Assembly (NCBI GenBank): GCA_964016885.1
Contig: OZ024743.1
Coordinates: forward strand, 65,658,001 to 65,722,000
Source: Eledone cirrhosa
Lineage: Eukaryota
DNA: 64,000 nucleotides
Direction of reading: 5' to 3'
A program made the position numbers and the translations under genes. Every line of letters starts with the position of its first letter. The stretch's first letter is position 1. The notes below the pieces were generated by a model that ran no database searches, had not been told where the DNA came from, and worked only from the letters and a program-made list of their open reading frames with translations. Below, piece after piece: positions 38,701-51,633 of the stretch.

Positions 38701-41700
38701 TTGACATTGATAACAGCAACAATGCCAGTCAATCTCCGAGTCAATTTACGATCATGGTTGACATTGGTAACAGCAACAATGCCAGTCAATCTCCGAGTCA
38801 ATTTACGATCATGGTTGGCATTGGTAACAGCAACAATGCCAGTCAATCTCCAAGTCAATTTACGATCATGGTTGACATTGGTAACAGCAACAATGCCAGT
38901 CAATCTCAGAGTTGACATTGGTAACAGCAACAATCGCAGTCAATCTCCGAGTCAATTTACGATCATGGTTGACATTGGTAACAGCAACAATGCCAGTCAA
39001 TCTCCGAGTCAATTTACGATCATGGTTGACATTGGTAACAGCAACAATGCCAGTCAATCTCCGAGTCAATTTACGATCATAGTTGACATTGGTAACAGCA
39101 ACAATGCCAGTCAATCTCCGAGTCAATTTACGATCATAGTTGACATTGGTAACAGCAACAATGCCAGTCAATCTCCGAGTCAATTTACGATCATAGTTGA
39201 CATTGGTAACAGCAACAATGCCAGTAAATCTCCGAGTCAATTTACGATCATAGTTGACATTGGTAACAGCAACAATGCCAGTCAATCTCCGAGTCAATTT
39301 ACGATCATAGTTGACATTGGTAACAGCAACAATGCCAGTCAATCTCCGAGTCAATTTACGATCATAGTTGACATTGGTAACAGCAACAATGCCAGTCAAT
39401 CTCTGAGTCAATTTACGATCATGGTTGACATTGGTAACAGCAACAATGCCAGTCAATCTCAGAGTCAATTTACGATCATGGTTGACATTGGTAACAGCAA
39501 CAATGCCAGTCAATCTCCGAGTCAATTTACGATCATAGTTGACATTGGTAACAGCAACAATGCCAGTCCATCTCCGAGTCAATTTACGATCATGGTTGAC
39601 ATTGGTAACAGCAACAATGCCAGTCAATCTCCGAGTCAATTTACGATCATGGTTGACATTGGTAACAGCAACAATGCCAGTCAATCTCCGAGTCAATTTA
39701 CGATCATGGTTGACATTGGTAACAGCAACAATGCCAGTCAATCTCCGAGTCAATTTACGATCATGGTTGACATTGGTAACAGCAACAATGCCAGTCAATC
39801 TCCGAGTCAATTTACGATCATAGTTGACATTGGTAACAGCAACAATGCCAGTCAATCTCCGAGTCAATTTACGATCATGGTTGACATTGGTAACAGCAAC
39901 AATGCCAGTCAATCTCCGAGTCAATTTACGATCATGGTTGACATTGGTAACAGCAACAATGCCAGTCAATCTCCGAGTCAATTTACGATCATAGTTGACA
40001 TTGGTAACAGCAACAATGCCAGTCAATCTCCGAGTCAATTTACGATCATGGTTGACATTGGTAACAGCAACAATGCCAGTCAATCTCCGAGTCAATTTAA
40101 GATCATAGTTGACATTGGTAACAGCAACAATGCCAGTCAATCTCCGAGTCAATTTACGATCATGGTTGACATTGGTAACAGCAACAATGCCAGTCAATCT
40201 CCGAGTCAATTTACGATCATGGTTGACATTGGTAACAGCAACAATGCCAGTCAATCTCCGAGTCAATTTACGATCATGGTTGACATTGGTAACAGCAACA
40301 ATGCCAGTCAATCTCCGAGTCAATTTACGATCATAGTTGACATTGGTAACAGCAACAATGCCAGTCAATCTCCGAGTCAATTTACGATCATGGTTGACAT
40401 TGGTAACAGCAACAATGCCAGTCAATCTCCGAGTCAATTTACGATCATGGTTGACATTGGTAACAGCAACAATGCCAGTCAATCTCCGAGTCAATTTACG
40501 ATCATAGTTGACATTGGTAACAGCAACAATGCCAGTCAATCTCCGAGTCAATTTACGATCATAGTTGACATTGGTAACAGCAACAATGGCAGTCAATCTC
40601 CGAGTCAATTTACGATCATGGTTGACATTGATAACAGCAACAATGCCAGTCAATCTCCGAGTCAATTTACGATCATGGTTGACATTGGTAACAGCAACAA
40701 TGCCAGTCAATCTCCGAGTCAATTTACGATCATGGTTGACATTGGTAACAGCAACAATGCCAGTCAATCTCCAAGTCAATTTACGATCATGGTTGACATT
40801 GGTAACAGCAACAATGCCAGTCAATCTCAGAGTTGACATTGGTAACAGCAACAATCCCAGTCAATCTCAGAGTTGACATTGGTAACAACAACAATGCCAG
40901 TCAATCTCTGAGTTGACATTGGTAACAGCAACAATGCCAGTCAATCTCTGAGTTGACATTGGTAACAACACCAACCCTAGTCAATCTCAGAATTGACATT
41001 GGTAACAGCAACAATGCCAGTCAATCTCAGAGTTGACATTGGTAACAACACCAACCCTAGTCAATCTCAGAATTGACATTGGTAACAGCAACAATGCCAG
41101 TCAATCTCAGAGTTGACATTGGTAACAACAACAATGCCAGTCAATCTCTGAGTTGACATTGGTAACAGCAACAATGCCAGTCAATCTCTGAGTTGACATT
41201 GGTAACAGCAACAATCCCAGTCAATTTCCGAGTTGACATTGGTAACAGCAACAATGCCAGTCAATCTCAGAGTTGACATTGGTAACAGCAACAATCCCAG
41301 TCAATCTCCGAGTTGACATTGGTAACAACACCAACCCTAGTCAATCTCAGAGTTGAAATTGGTAACAACAACAATGCCAGTCAATCTCAGAGTTGACATT
41401 GGTGACAGCAACAACCCTAGTCAATCTCTGAGTTGACATTGGTAACAGCAACAATGCCAGTCAATCTTTGAGTTGACATTGGTAACAGCAACAACCCTAG
41501 TCAATCTCTGAGTTGACATTGGTAATAGCAACAATCCCAGTCAATCTCAGAGTCGACATTGGTAACAGCAACAATGCCAGTCAATCTCAAAGTTGACATT
41601 GGTAACAGCAACAATCCCAGTCAATCTCAGAGTTGACATTGGTAACAGCAACAATGCCAGTCAATCTCAGAGTTGACATTGGTGACAGCAACAACCCTAG

Positions 41701-41921
41701 TCGATCTCTGAGTTGACATTGGTGACAGCAACAACCCTAGTCAATCTCTGAGTTGACATTGGTAATAGCAACAACCCTAGTCAATCTCTGAGTTGACATT
41801 GGTAACAGCAACAATGCCAGTCAATCTCAGAGTTGACATTGGTAACAGCAACAACCCTAGTCAATCTCTGAGTTGACATTGGTAACAGCAACAATGCCAG
41901 TCAATCTCAGAGTCAATTTAC
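20771..41921. repeat. ~21-kb satellite array of a 57-bp unit TTTACGATCATRGTTGACATTGGTAACAGCAACAATGCCAGTCAATCTCCGAGTCAA (roughly 350 copies) with interspersed and terminal 40-bp units
   Basis: Direct reading; 57-bp periodicity; higher-order offsets of 5290 and 3136 bp in the ORF track. Confidence 0.98.
40792..41921. repeat. terminal block of ~28 more diverged 40-bp units
   Basis: GTTGACATTGGTAACAGCAACAATGCCAGTCAATCTCAGA with many variants; the first ~8 units are also copied at 37656-37975. Confidence 0.95.
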
Positions 41922-42034
41922 AATGTCGGCGTTGCCTATTTAAACCAGGACCTACTCAGGTGCTATCAAACGAGCTAGTAAAGACTTCATAGCGACAATG
42001 TTTGAACTTACGTTGACTCCAGCAACGGAACTGC

Positions 42035-42160
42035 CTACTCGTGAAATTATCTCATAAGTGGCTGATCATTCCACAGACACGTGCATCCTTAACAATAGTT
42101 CTCAAAGAGATTCAACAAGAAACAACGCCGGACAATGACATCTCTTTGAATTACAGTCTA
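42035..42160 (-). mobile_element. SINE family B body fragment
   Basis: AAGTGGCTGA.CATTCCACAGACACGTG is the reverse complement of the 17195-17225 motif. Confidence 0.6.
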
Positions 42161-42278
42161 ACCTCTAAGGCATGCCAGGTTCCTTATCGGCTGCTATATG
42201 AAACCGTTTTAAATTTATTGACGGATGAAGAAAAACAATATTTTTCTGAAAAGTGACGCTTCTCAGGAAGAGCGACCC

Positions 42279-42437
<159 letters not shown>

Positions 42438-42489
42438 TATACATATATATATGTATGTGTATATACATATATATATATATATATATGTG

Positions 42490-42540
<51 letters not shown>

Positions 42541-42675
42541 GTGTATGTGTGTGTATGTATGTATATATACGTATATATATATTCTATATAAGCATATACA
42601 CATACTTACATACATTGTTTTATATTTGCATGCGTGTATGTATGTGTGTATGTATGTGTGTATGCAAGCATATAT

Positions 42676-42884
42676 GCATATCTGGAGATCTCTCTGCACT
42701 TGTCGTCACATAGTACCATGGGCCCAGCACTATGTGTCAATAATTGTCACAAGTGTAGTGTTTGTACCAGAGTTCTCAAGTCGCTGGCTGGACTAAAATG
42801 TCACACTCGTTCAGCGCATCGGTAGGGGTTCTCCTACATGGATATAAAGTAGTGGCCGTACTCGAAAACGAGTTGGCAGCCACC
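42676..42884 (+). mobile_element. RTE LINE 3' fragment with TSD
   Basis: Encodes the C2H2-like terminus [23 protein letters not shown]; 14-bp TSD ATGCAAGCATATAT (42662-42675, 42885-42898); near-identical to 55640-55845. Confidence 0.8.
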
Positions 42885-42890
42885 ATGCAA

Positions 42891-42941
<51 letters not shown>

Positions 42942-43116
42942 CGTGTAAAAGTCTAAATGATTATTATCTGTAGAAAATAAAATTATTTTAAGATGAGATA
43001 ATTTTCAGATGCCATCCGAATGAAAACAATTTTATAAGTTAGCATATTTAATGCATGTAAAATATTTGATATATATTTATGATTCACCGCTACTTCAGTA
43101 ACTGCAGGGATGACTA

Positions 43117-43289
43117 CAGTGTCGGATTTACCATTGTGCTTAGGTGTGCTTAAGCACAGGGCTCCTCCGTTAGCCAGGGTGGTGGTGGATCTTCCGGCCA
43201 AATAACATCTTTTACCTTCTTCAGGGTTCAAGTAAGGGGCCTCATAACTTAATTAGCACAGGTCCTCGGTTGTCTTAAATCTGGCACTG
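43117..43289. mobile_element. hAT-type MITE
   Basis: TIRs CAGTGTCGGATTTA / TAAATCTGGCACTG; 8-bp TSD GATGACTA / GATGGCTA. Confidence 0.8.
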
Positions 43290-43549
43290 GATGGCTATGG
43301 TTTGTTAATGAGGTCAGAAGAAGATCGAAACTTTTTTAGAGTTGTATACCGTATTCGCAGTCAAAATGAAAATGTTATTTGTCATTACCTATATTTTTTC
43401 ACATCATATTTATTCCTAGTAACGTTTTAATGCTACATATATTAAATGTCTTAACACAAACTTAACTATTGTGTTAATAATTTGTTAGGTTGGCAGAATT
43501 GGTAGAAAAGTCTGTTTTGAACCCGAAGGCTCATCAGGTGATAACATCC

Positions 43550-43787
43550 CTGCGATAATTTTCTTTAGACATTAAAAAAACATTACACATGACAAAAAGA
43601 ACATTACAAGAAATCCCATACGTTATAAATAGGAAAGGTTGGGGTTTCAATGTGCAAACTAACCGACTTATTCTGGTTTCTAAAATATCTAGAGAGACAA
43701 CCTAGAAAAATTAACGTGTCTTCAACCCCGTCTCTCATACCCCCCCCCCCCCACACACACTCCACTATTATTTGGGACCCGAGAGTA
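43550..43787. mobile_element. partial CTCTCGGGTC-TIR MITE
   Basis: Ends TTGGGACCCGAGAG-TA; body matches 47890-48142. Confidence 0.7.
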
Positions 43788-43880
43788 GCTGTCAATCAAA
43801 CGGGCTCTTCCTCCAAATTTTCTCTCCTTGTATTTAAATAAGAAACCCGTTTTATTTGTCTACGAATACAAATGCGAAGA

Positions 43881-44025
43881 GTGAAGGCGCATGGCTTAGT
43901 GGTTAGAGCTTTGGGATTGCAATCGAAAGGTTGTGAGTTTAATTCTCGGACCGGGTGATGTGTTGTTTCATTGAGCAAGACACTTTATTTCACGCTGCTC
44001 CAGATTACTCAGCTGTCGAAATGAG
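43881..44025 (+). mobile_element. SINE family B 5' half
   Basis: GTGAAGGCGCATGGCTTAGTGGTTAGA identical to the head at 2829. Confidence 0.8.
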
Positions 44026-44501
44026 ATGATAAGACTGGGGTCCCTATCATTAAATCCCCCAAGACACCTCCAACGAGATATACCTTGGAGGAGACCAGCT
44101 AAACCTGCATAGGTTAGAGCTGTAACAGAGAGACAGAGAGAGAGAATACAAATGCACATTATTGTGAATCTAGTTAGAAATGAATCCATCACTACTTAGC
44201 TAGGAGAAGATTATGCTTCGCTAATCTGGTAAGATTAAGGTAGGAACGTTGTAAGAGTTGTGTCCCATACTTGCCGGACATATAGCATAGGTTTTTAACC
44301 GTATATTCATTTCTAGCCTTTTCACAGTGAATGTCTTAAAAAGGTCAACACTATCTTAATTATTTATCTTCCTCCAACTCTTTTGCCTCCTCTATATATA
44401 TCTATATGTATATAAACTTATATACACAAACACAACACAAACACATATCTATAAGTACGTGTATGTTTTAGTGAGGTTTACACGCTCATACGTACAGAAT
44501 T

Positions 44502-44574
<73 letters not shown>

Positions 44575-44955
44575 ATGTATACGTACATACATATATGTAT
44601 ACAGACGTACAGTAGTATGTATATATATATATATACATACATGCACACATATATATATATGCACGTATCGGTTTACCGAACATTTATTATAATGCTCGGT
44701 TTGTTTGTAAACAAACAAACAGCCCGAATTACGCCGTACAGTGTTTAGGCAACCACGTCACCTTTTTGTTCAACACTGACCCAGGAACGATGTACTACTT
44801 TCAAGCTTATTAGCTATCGTCAGCATCGTATACCTTCCTGCCGTACTAAGAGTGAGAAATGAAATTTCGTTTCATTCTATCCCATTTATATATATATACA
44901 TATATATATATTCCGCTATTTGCTATTATATCGTATAATTTTATATTCGTTCCCC

Positions 44956-45026
<71 letters not shown>

Positions 45027-45027
<1 letters not shown>

Positions 45028-45213
45028 CGAAGAAAATGTGGTAAGGAACCAGGTGGACGATAACGCACCAAAGTACTCAATACTTAGGATAGTAGAGTGG
45101 GTAATATGAACGAGTAGGACCCCAACGGCTGAGCTCAAGCCGTTTCGACGGGAGTCCAGAATTAGCCGTCGAAACGGCTTGAGCTCAGCCGTCGGGGTCC
45201 TACTCGTTCCTAT
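45027..45213. mobile_element. Penelope-like palindromic terminus, family P4 (second copy)
   Basis: Near-identical to 10210-10415 but with a shorter palindrome centre; in (TA)n. Confidence 0.7.
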
Positions 45214-45695
45214 ATATATATATATATATATATGTGCGTGTGGGTGTGTGTGTGTGTGTGTATGCACATGTTTATATATATATATAGATATATATATACA
45301 GACTCAAGGTGTGTCTATATATATATTTACGTATATATATAGACATACCTTGGGTCTGTGTATATATATCAATTAGTGAACACTATTGGCGGGCAGTGCG
45401 TGTATGTGTATGTATGTGTGTGTTTGTGCGTGTATGTGAGCGTGTGTATGTTAGTGTGTGGGTGTCTGTCTGTGTATGTCTGTGTTTGTGTGTGTGAGTG
45501 TGTGTGTGTGCCTGTAAGTGTATGGTCTGTGTTTGTGTGCGTGTGTGTGTGAGTGTGTGAGTGTGTGAGTGTGTGTGAGTGTGTGTGAGTGTGTGAGTGT
45601 TTGTGTGTGTGTGTGTGTGTGTGTGAGAGTGTGTATGGGAGTATGTGTGTGTGTTTGTGTTTGTGTATGTGTGTGTATCTGTGTTTGTGTGTGTG

Positions 45696-45729
<34 letters not shown>

Positions 45730-46112
45730 TGTGTGTCTGTGTTTGTGTTTAGAGAGTGTGTGTGTGTGTATGAGGGTGTGAGTGTGTGAGGGTGTGAGTG
45801 TGTGTGAGAGAGAGTGTGTGTCTGTATGTGTGTCTAGAGGATAACGAAGCAACAAGCCAGTTATTGTTCTCTGTGACAAAGATTGCTATATTTATAAATT
45901 GTAGATATGTAGACATGAATAGCGATAATGACATTAATATCAGATCAAAGATGGCGATGACAGAGAATGTATATAGGAAATGAATGGAGGAGGATTAAAT
46001 AATATCATTTGTAAAGTCGATTGTAAGTTCAAGGTTATCTCTATAGATATCTACGTATAGGTTCGTCTGTAAATTAACTTGTTTATATATCTAGCCACCC
46101 ATCCACATATCA

Positions 46113-46195
<83 letters not shown>

Positions 46196-46262
46196 CATAC
46201 ATACACCTGAATCATACATACATATATACGCCTGCATTATACATATGTAGGCATACAACGTG

Positions 46263-46373
<111 letters not shown>

Positions 46374-46542
46374 GGAGAGAGTGAGAATGAGATAAATAGA
46401 TTAAGAGATAGCGAAATAGAAAGATAGATATAGATATTGATTAGATAAATATTTAGACAGATACGTACATACATACACACAAACATACATACATAATACA
46501 TACATATACATACATACATACATACATACATACATACATACA

Positions 46543-46576
<34 letters not shown>

Positions 46577-46834
46577 CATGCATAAGCATATATCTCAAGT
46601 TTCGGACATATATATATATATGTATATATGTGTGTTTCTTTCTGTATGTATGTTTGCGTGTGTAAGTCTTTCACTATGGGTGTCTATATATACTAACATA
46701 TTCATATCTTAAGGTGGAATCTAACTAAGAACTGTTACACGTGTTTGTGGAATGCTCAGCCACTTGCTCATGAATTTTACAAGCAGGCTGTTCTGTTGTT
46801 CATACAATTATAGGCTGAACTGATGGCGGTCTAA

Positions 46835-47315
46835 CGCACACAGACATGTGCACACACAAACACGTGCACACATATACAAACACGCACATACACACACACA
46901 GACACGTGTACTCACACAATAAACACGCACATACAAACACAAACACGCACACACACACACAGATACATTCATACGAACACGCGCATACACACAGACACAC
47001 GCATACACACAGTGACACTCATACACACACAGACATACGCATACACACACAGACACACGCACACACACACACAGACACACGCATACACACACGGAAACAC
47101 GCATACACACACGGGCACGCGCATACACACACGGACACATGCATACGCACACGGACACACGCATACACACACGGAAACACGCATACACACACGGACACAC
47201 GCATACACACACGGACACACGCATAAACACACGGACACACGCATACACACAAGGACACACACAGACACATTCATACGGACACGCGCATACACACACAGAC
47301 ACACGCATACACATA
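46835..47315. repeat. CA-derived ~20-bp minisatellite (GCATACACACACGGACACAC)
   Basis: Direct reading. Confidence 0.85.
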
Positions 47316-47520
47316 CATGTTTAATACGTATACATTCTTGGTGTAAAATGAACGCGGGACATACTTCATCTTACCTACATGGGGTCTGTATGGAATTAAA
47401 ATTAAACAATGAAAACTCACAAGTGCCTTCTCAAATCTCTCAACGTAATTTTGAGTAACAGTATAAGCGATAACTATGTTAACGACAGCAACAGTTGACT
47501 GATAAAATGACAAGTCAGTC

Positions 47521-47735
47521 AATCATATTGGTGGCCTCCCCGCAGCCCCGGCGTACACAATGAAGAAGGAGTTTCCCTGGGGGACGGCAAGGGAGACGCG
47601 CTGGAAAAGCCATTCCAACTCGCGAGACTTACACCTGCGGCTGGCCAGCTCAGCGCCTATGGTGGTGAGTAGGGAGGTAGCTCTAGGGCCGAGGACACCA
47701 GAAGTCTCCACTGCCAAGGTACGACCGCAAACCTG
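47521..47735 (-). pseudogene. CRE-like non-LTR retrotransposon, restriction-like endonuclease C-terminal fragment
   Basis: LAVETSGVLGP.A..LL..IG......WLFQRVSLAVPQGN matches the AVET.G..G...QR.S.A.QRGN C-terminal pattern of CRE-clade ORFs. Confidence 0.7.
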
Positions 47736-47764
47736 TCGGAGAGCGACCGATATTTGGAAAGATA

Positions 47765-48142
47765 CTCTCGAGTCTTAAATAATTGTCCCCACCCCTGCTT
47801 ATCAATTTTCAGATTTTTTCCACACCCTACCGCTTATTAAATTTTGCTAATCTATCTCCGGCGAAATTTTATTTTAAGTAGTAGAATTCCTGTGACAATT
47901 AATTTTCTTTATACATTGAAAAACATTATACATGACAATAAAGTACATTAGTAGAAATCCCATACGTTATAAAATAAATAGGATGGATTGGGGTCTCAAT
48001 ATGTAAACTAAACGACTAATTCTGGTTTTTAAATAAATCAACAGAGACAACCTAGAAAAATTACTGATTTTCTAACCCCTTAACCCAGCTTATTCCAACT
48101 ATCCCGCTTATTCCCCACCCCCTATAATTTGGGACCCGAGAG
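47765..48142. mobile_element. Tc1/mariner-like MITE
   Basis: TA|CTCTCGAGTC ... GACCCGAGAG|TA. Confidence 0.8.
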
Positions 48143-48264
48143 TACATGCCCGTATTGAACTCAATATTACGATCATATATATATATTTGATAGATGACCT
48201 AGTGATCGATTTTATTGACATTAATTTTGTGTTTGTTAATACATAGTTTTGCATAAACAATAGC

Positions 48265-48525
48265 AACGAATTGATAGAATCATAACAACGTCGGATAGAA
48301 TTCTTTGCGGTATTCGTTCAGGTTCTCTGCACTTTGAGTTCAAATCCTGCCTAGGTCAGCTTTGCCTTTCATTCTTTCGTGGCCTGTGAAAAAGTACCTG
48401 ACCAGTCGTGATGTTGTTTCTTCATCTATATCTCTTTCTCAATTCACTTCTATAACTTTCTCTCTCATTCCTCATCTATATCTCTTTCTCACTTCATCTC
48501 TATCACTCTCCTTCCCTAAAAGAAA
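48265..48525 (+). mobile_element. diverged SINE family A with 3' body
   Basis: GAGTTCAAATCC, GCCTTTCATTCTTTCG; the body is a reverse-complement match to 9030-9075. Confidence 0.6.
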
Positions 48526-49089
48526 TCGGATACCCTTGAGTCCCCTATAATAGGGGTGTGGTGGGGGATTGGAATAAGTGGGGTTGGGGTTAGAATAGGC
48601 GAGATGGGGGTTGGAATAAGAGGGGTGGGGGTTAGAATAATAGGAGGGGTGGGTGGGTGGAACAAGCGGGGTGGGGGTTAGAACAAGCGGGGTGGGGGTT
48701 GGAATAAGCAGGGTGGGGGTTTGGAAAATCGGTAATTTTTCTATGTTGTCCCCGTTGATTTTTAAAAAGTCAGAATTAGTCGATAATTCATGAATTAAAA
48801 ACAAATTTAAATAACCATTCATTGTATTTATTGATGAGGAGGAAAGACTTATGTTGATATCATCCACGGGCTCTCTCCGAGACTGGTAAGATGGACATAG
48901 TTAATATCCCAGTAGTGAATTTATGCAGCTCTCCGAGACTGGTAAAATGGACAGAGTCAATGTTCCAGTTCAGGATAGCATGTCCTGAATTTATACCAGT
49001 TTTCCCTACTTAACTCTAACATCAAGAGACAATTCACTTCAGTTTCCCGCACGATATAGCCGTAACGGTTCCAACAGATGATCTGTTAA

Positions 49090-49310
49090 CCCTTTACCAT
49101 TTACATTACTCTATATATACTATTATATTTTCATTGTAAACATTTTATTTCACATAATTATCTCACATAATATCGAATCTATGAGATTTTTATATAATTT
49201 ATTTTGAGAACAATACGTTAACATCAGTATGAGCGACCAGTTACAGCCGGTTTGAGAAAAAAGAGGTGAGAGAATTCTGGCCGGGTATGGCCGGTTTAAA
49301 TGCTAAAGGG
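49090..49310. mobile_element. piggyBac-type MITE
   Basis: TTAA|CCCTTTACCATTTA ... TAAATGCTAAAGGG|TTAA. Confidence 0.85.
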
Positions 49311-49576
49311 TTAATACCTAACACACTAACTTTTCTCTGTTTCTTTCTACACTGAATTTTATACACAATCACTGAAGGTTTCTTCAACAAAAAACTTCCC
49401 CCATCTGATAAAAATATCCTGTGATTTACTGAACAGTAAGTCTATGGTTTAGATGTTTTAGCTCCTTGTGTGGGACTTTAGGTGTTATTTGCATGTCTAA
49501 TGTTGATAAATTTGATAGAGATAACGTGAGTTATCTACACCGCGTATTCTAACTGCTTTTATTTTGTATTAGTTAA

Positions 49577-49782
49577 AGAGAGAGAGAGAGAGAGAGAGAG
49601 GTGGGTGGAGGAGAGAGAGAGGTGGGAGGAGAGAGAGGTGGGTGGAGGAGAGAGAGAGATGGGTGGAGGAGAGAGAGAGGTGGGAGAAGGAGAGAGAGAG
49701 GTGGGAGGAGGAGAGAGAGGAAAGATGAAAGATGAAAGGAGGGAGAGGGGATAGAGAGGGATATAGAAAGGGATAGTGACAG

Positions 49783-49819
<37 letters not shown>

Positions 49820-49989
49820 CGAGAGAAAGTGAGAGAAAGGAAGAGAGGAAGAAAGAGAGTGAGAGATACGTGGAGGAGGGAGAGAGAGGAAGGATAGAAG
49901 AAAATGAAAGGAAGGATTGAAGAGAAGAGAGAGAGAGGAGAGTGAGAGGAGGAAGAGAGGGGTGAGAGAGGGGTGACAGATAGATAGAC

Positions 49990-50022
<33 letters not shown>

Positions 50023-50975
50023 GGGGAGAGAGGGGTGACATATAGATAGATATAGAGAGAGGGAGTGGAGAGAGAGAGAGGAGAGAGAGGGGGAGAGAGG
50101 GGTGACAGATAGATAGATAGAGAGGGAGAGTGTGGAGAGAGAGAGAGGAGAGAGAGAGGGGAGAGAGGGGGAGAGAGGGGTGACAGATATATATATATAG
50201 AGAGAGGGAGTGGAGAGAGAGAGGAGAGAGAGGGTGAGAGAAGGGTGACAGATAGATAGATAGAGAGAGAGAGTGTGGAGAGAGAGAGAGAGGAGAGAGA
50301 GGGGAGAGAGGGGTGACAGATAGATAAATTTCTTTATTAGCCACAAGGGCGCAACAAGAAAGGGGACAATACAAAGACATGCCGGGGATTTTACATACAG
50401 TCGTGTAAAAAATATAAAAACAAACAATTTCAACAATCGAAATCCCCAATAGGGGGGAGGCGCCACAAATGGGTTGTTTAATACCCCGTCGATAGAACAA
50501 CCCTCAACTCAAGGAGCGTGTTGTGCAAGAGCTCCCTTCTTCCTTTTGCTCTCTTCCTCAACCTACAGGCTTATAAACAGAGAAGGCCCAATCACTCGGG
50601 CCATTTTCGCTTCATTCACCCACCTTTCAGTAAATTTACTGGGGTGCAGTGCCTCTCTCTCCACCCTGATTCTCCTTCTAAAGTGATACTTAAAGAATGG
50701 AATCAATTGTTGTCCGGAGAGAAAGGCATCTGTCCTCAGTCCTCTCAACCTCGTCCACCATATAACTTCTTTCACCATAGCCACCGTACAGAGGAAAACC
50801 GCCTCTCTTTCGTTTTTGAAAGAGTCTGGCGGTTTGATCCTTACTATGGCCAGACTCTTTCAAAAACGATATAGATAGATAGATAGATAGAGAGAGAGGG
50901 AGTGGAGAGAAAGAGAGGAGAGAGAGGGGGAGAGAGGGTGACAGATAGATAGATAGAGAGGGCGTAGAGAGAGAC
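49577..50975. repeat. GA-rich tract including a ~60-bp minisatellite (GGGGTGACAGATAGATAG...GGGAGTGGAGAG), interrupted by a LINE
   Basis: The unit recurs at 49970-50325 and resumes after 50868. Confidence 0.85.
50319..50867 (-). mobile_element. Tx1/L1-clade LINE 3' fragment
   Basis: MAMVKEVIWWTRLRGLR and 3' end GCCCTTGTGGCTAATAAAGAAATTTATCTATC shared with 58660-59181. Confidence 0.85.
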
Positions 50976-51633
50976 AGACGGACTAGGGAGTTAGTGATAT
51001 TCTACCTCTTAATTTGTCTTACAATTATATTTATCTTTACAAGAAGTGTTTTCAACATATATTCTCTATTCTGGTAAGCTTGGTGGAATACGAAATATCA
51101 GCCGAGTAGTTTTCTTCCACTTAGAAATGGACCCCCGCCCCCCTCATATATAATCGCCTCTAATCTTGATCATCTGTTTCAAACATGAACTCAACATCTT
51201 TTTTTTTTAAATATCACTAAAAAAAAGGAAAGTATTGTTACATTGTATATATATATATATAGTTTATTCTGGAGGTTGAAACCGCGGTAAAGGCACATAT
51301 AGTAAGTACAGCGAATTTTAAAAAAATTATTTTAAAACTTTTTCTCTATTTGCTAGACCTTGATTTTATATATATATATATATATAAAATTGCAAGTTTG
51401 AAGAACTATTAGATAAAATATATACAGTATTTCCTCTCCCTGTCCGTATAAATTAACCACATAAAAAAACACATAAAAAATCATTTAAACGAGGCTATAA
51501 GTTTAAAATGTAACTATGGAGAAATAATAGACAAATGATACAGACTATCTTCCGCGATGTACAGCCATATAAAATGTATCCAGTTATTTATGGGCCCGTT
51601 CATATATACCTATGTACATACTTGAGCAATATA

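Noticed and set aside
20684-40876. Giant repeat proteins (600-980 aa ORFs on both strands)
   Set aside because: A by-product of a 57-bp (3x19) unit lacking stops. Frames are broken by 40-bp units, there is no unique N- or C-terminal domain, and the + frame has a stop at 20735-20737 just upstream.
20771-41921. CRISPR-like array (hairpin repeat plus 17-bp spacer)
   Set aside because: The putative spacers are identical apart from one A/G site, there are no cas genes, and the context is eukaryotic.
45840-45983. Short ORF ending SDNDINIRSKMAMTENVYRK
   Set aside because: At best a faint RTE-like remnant; too short and degenerate to call.
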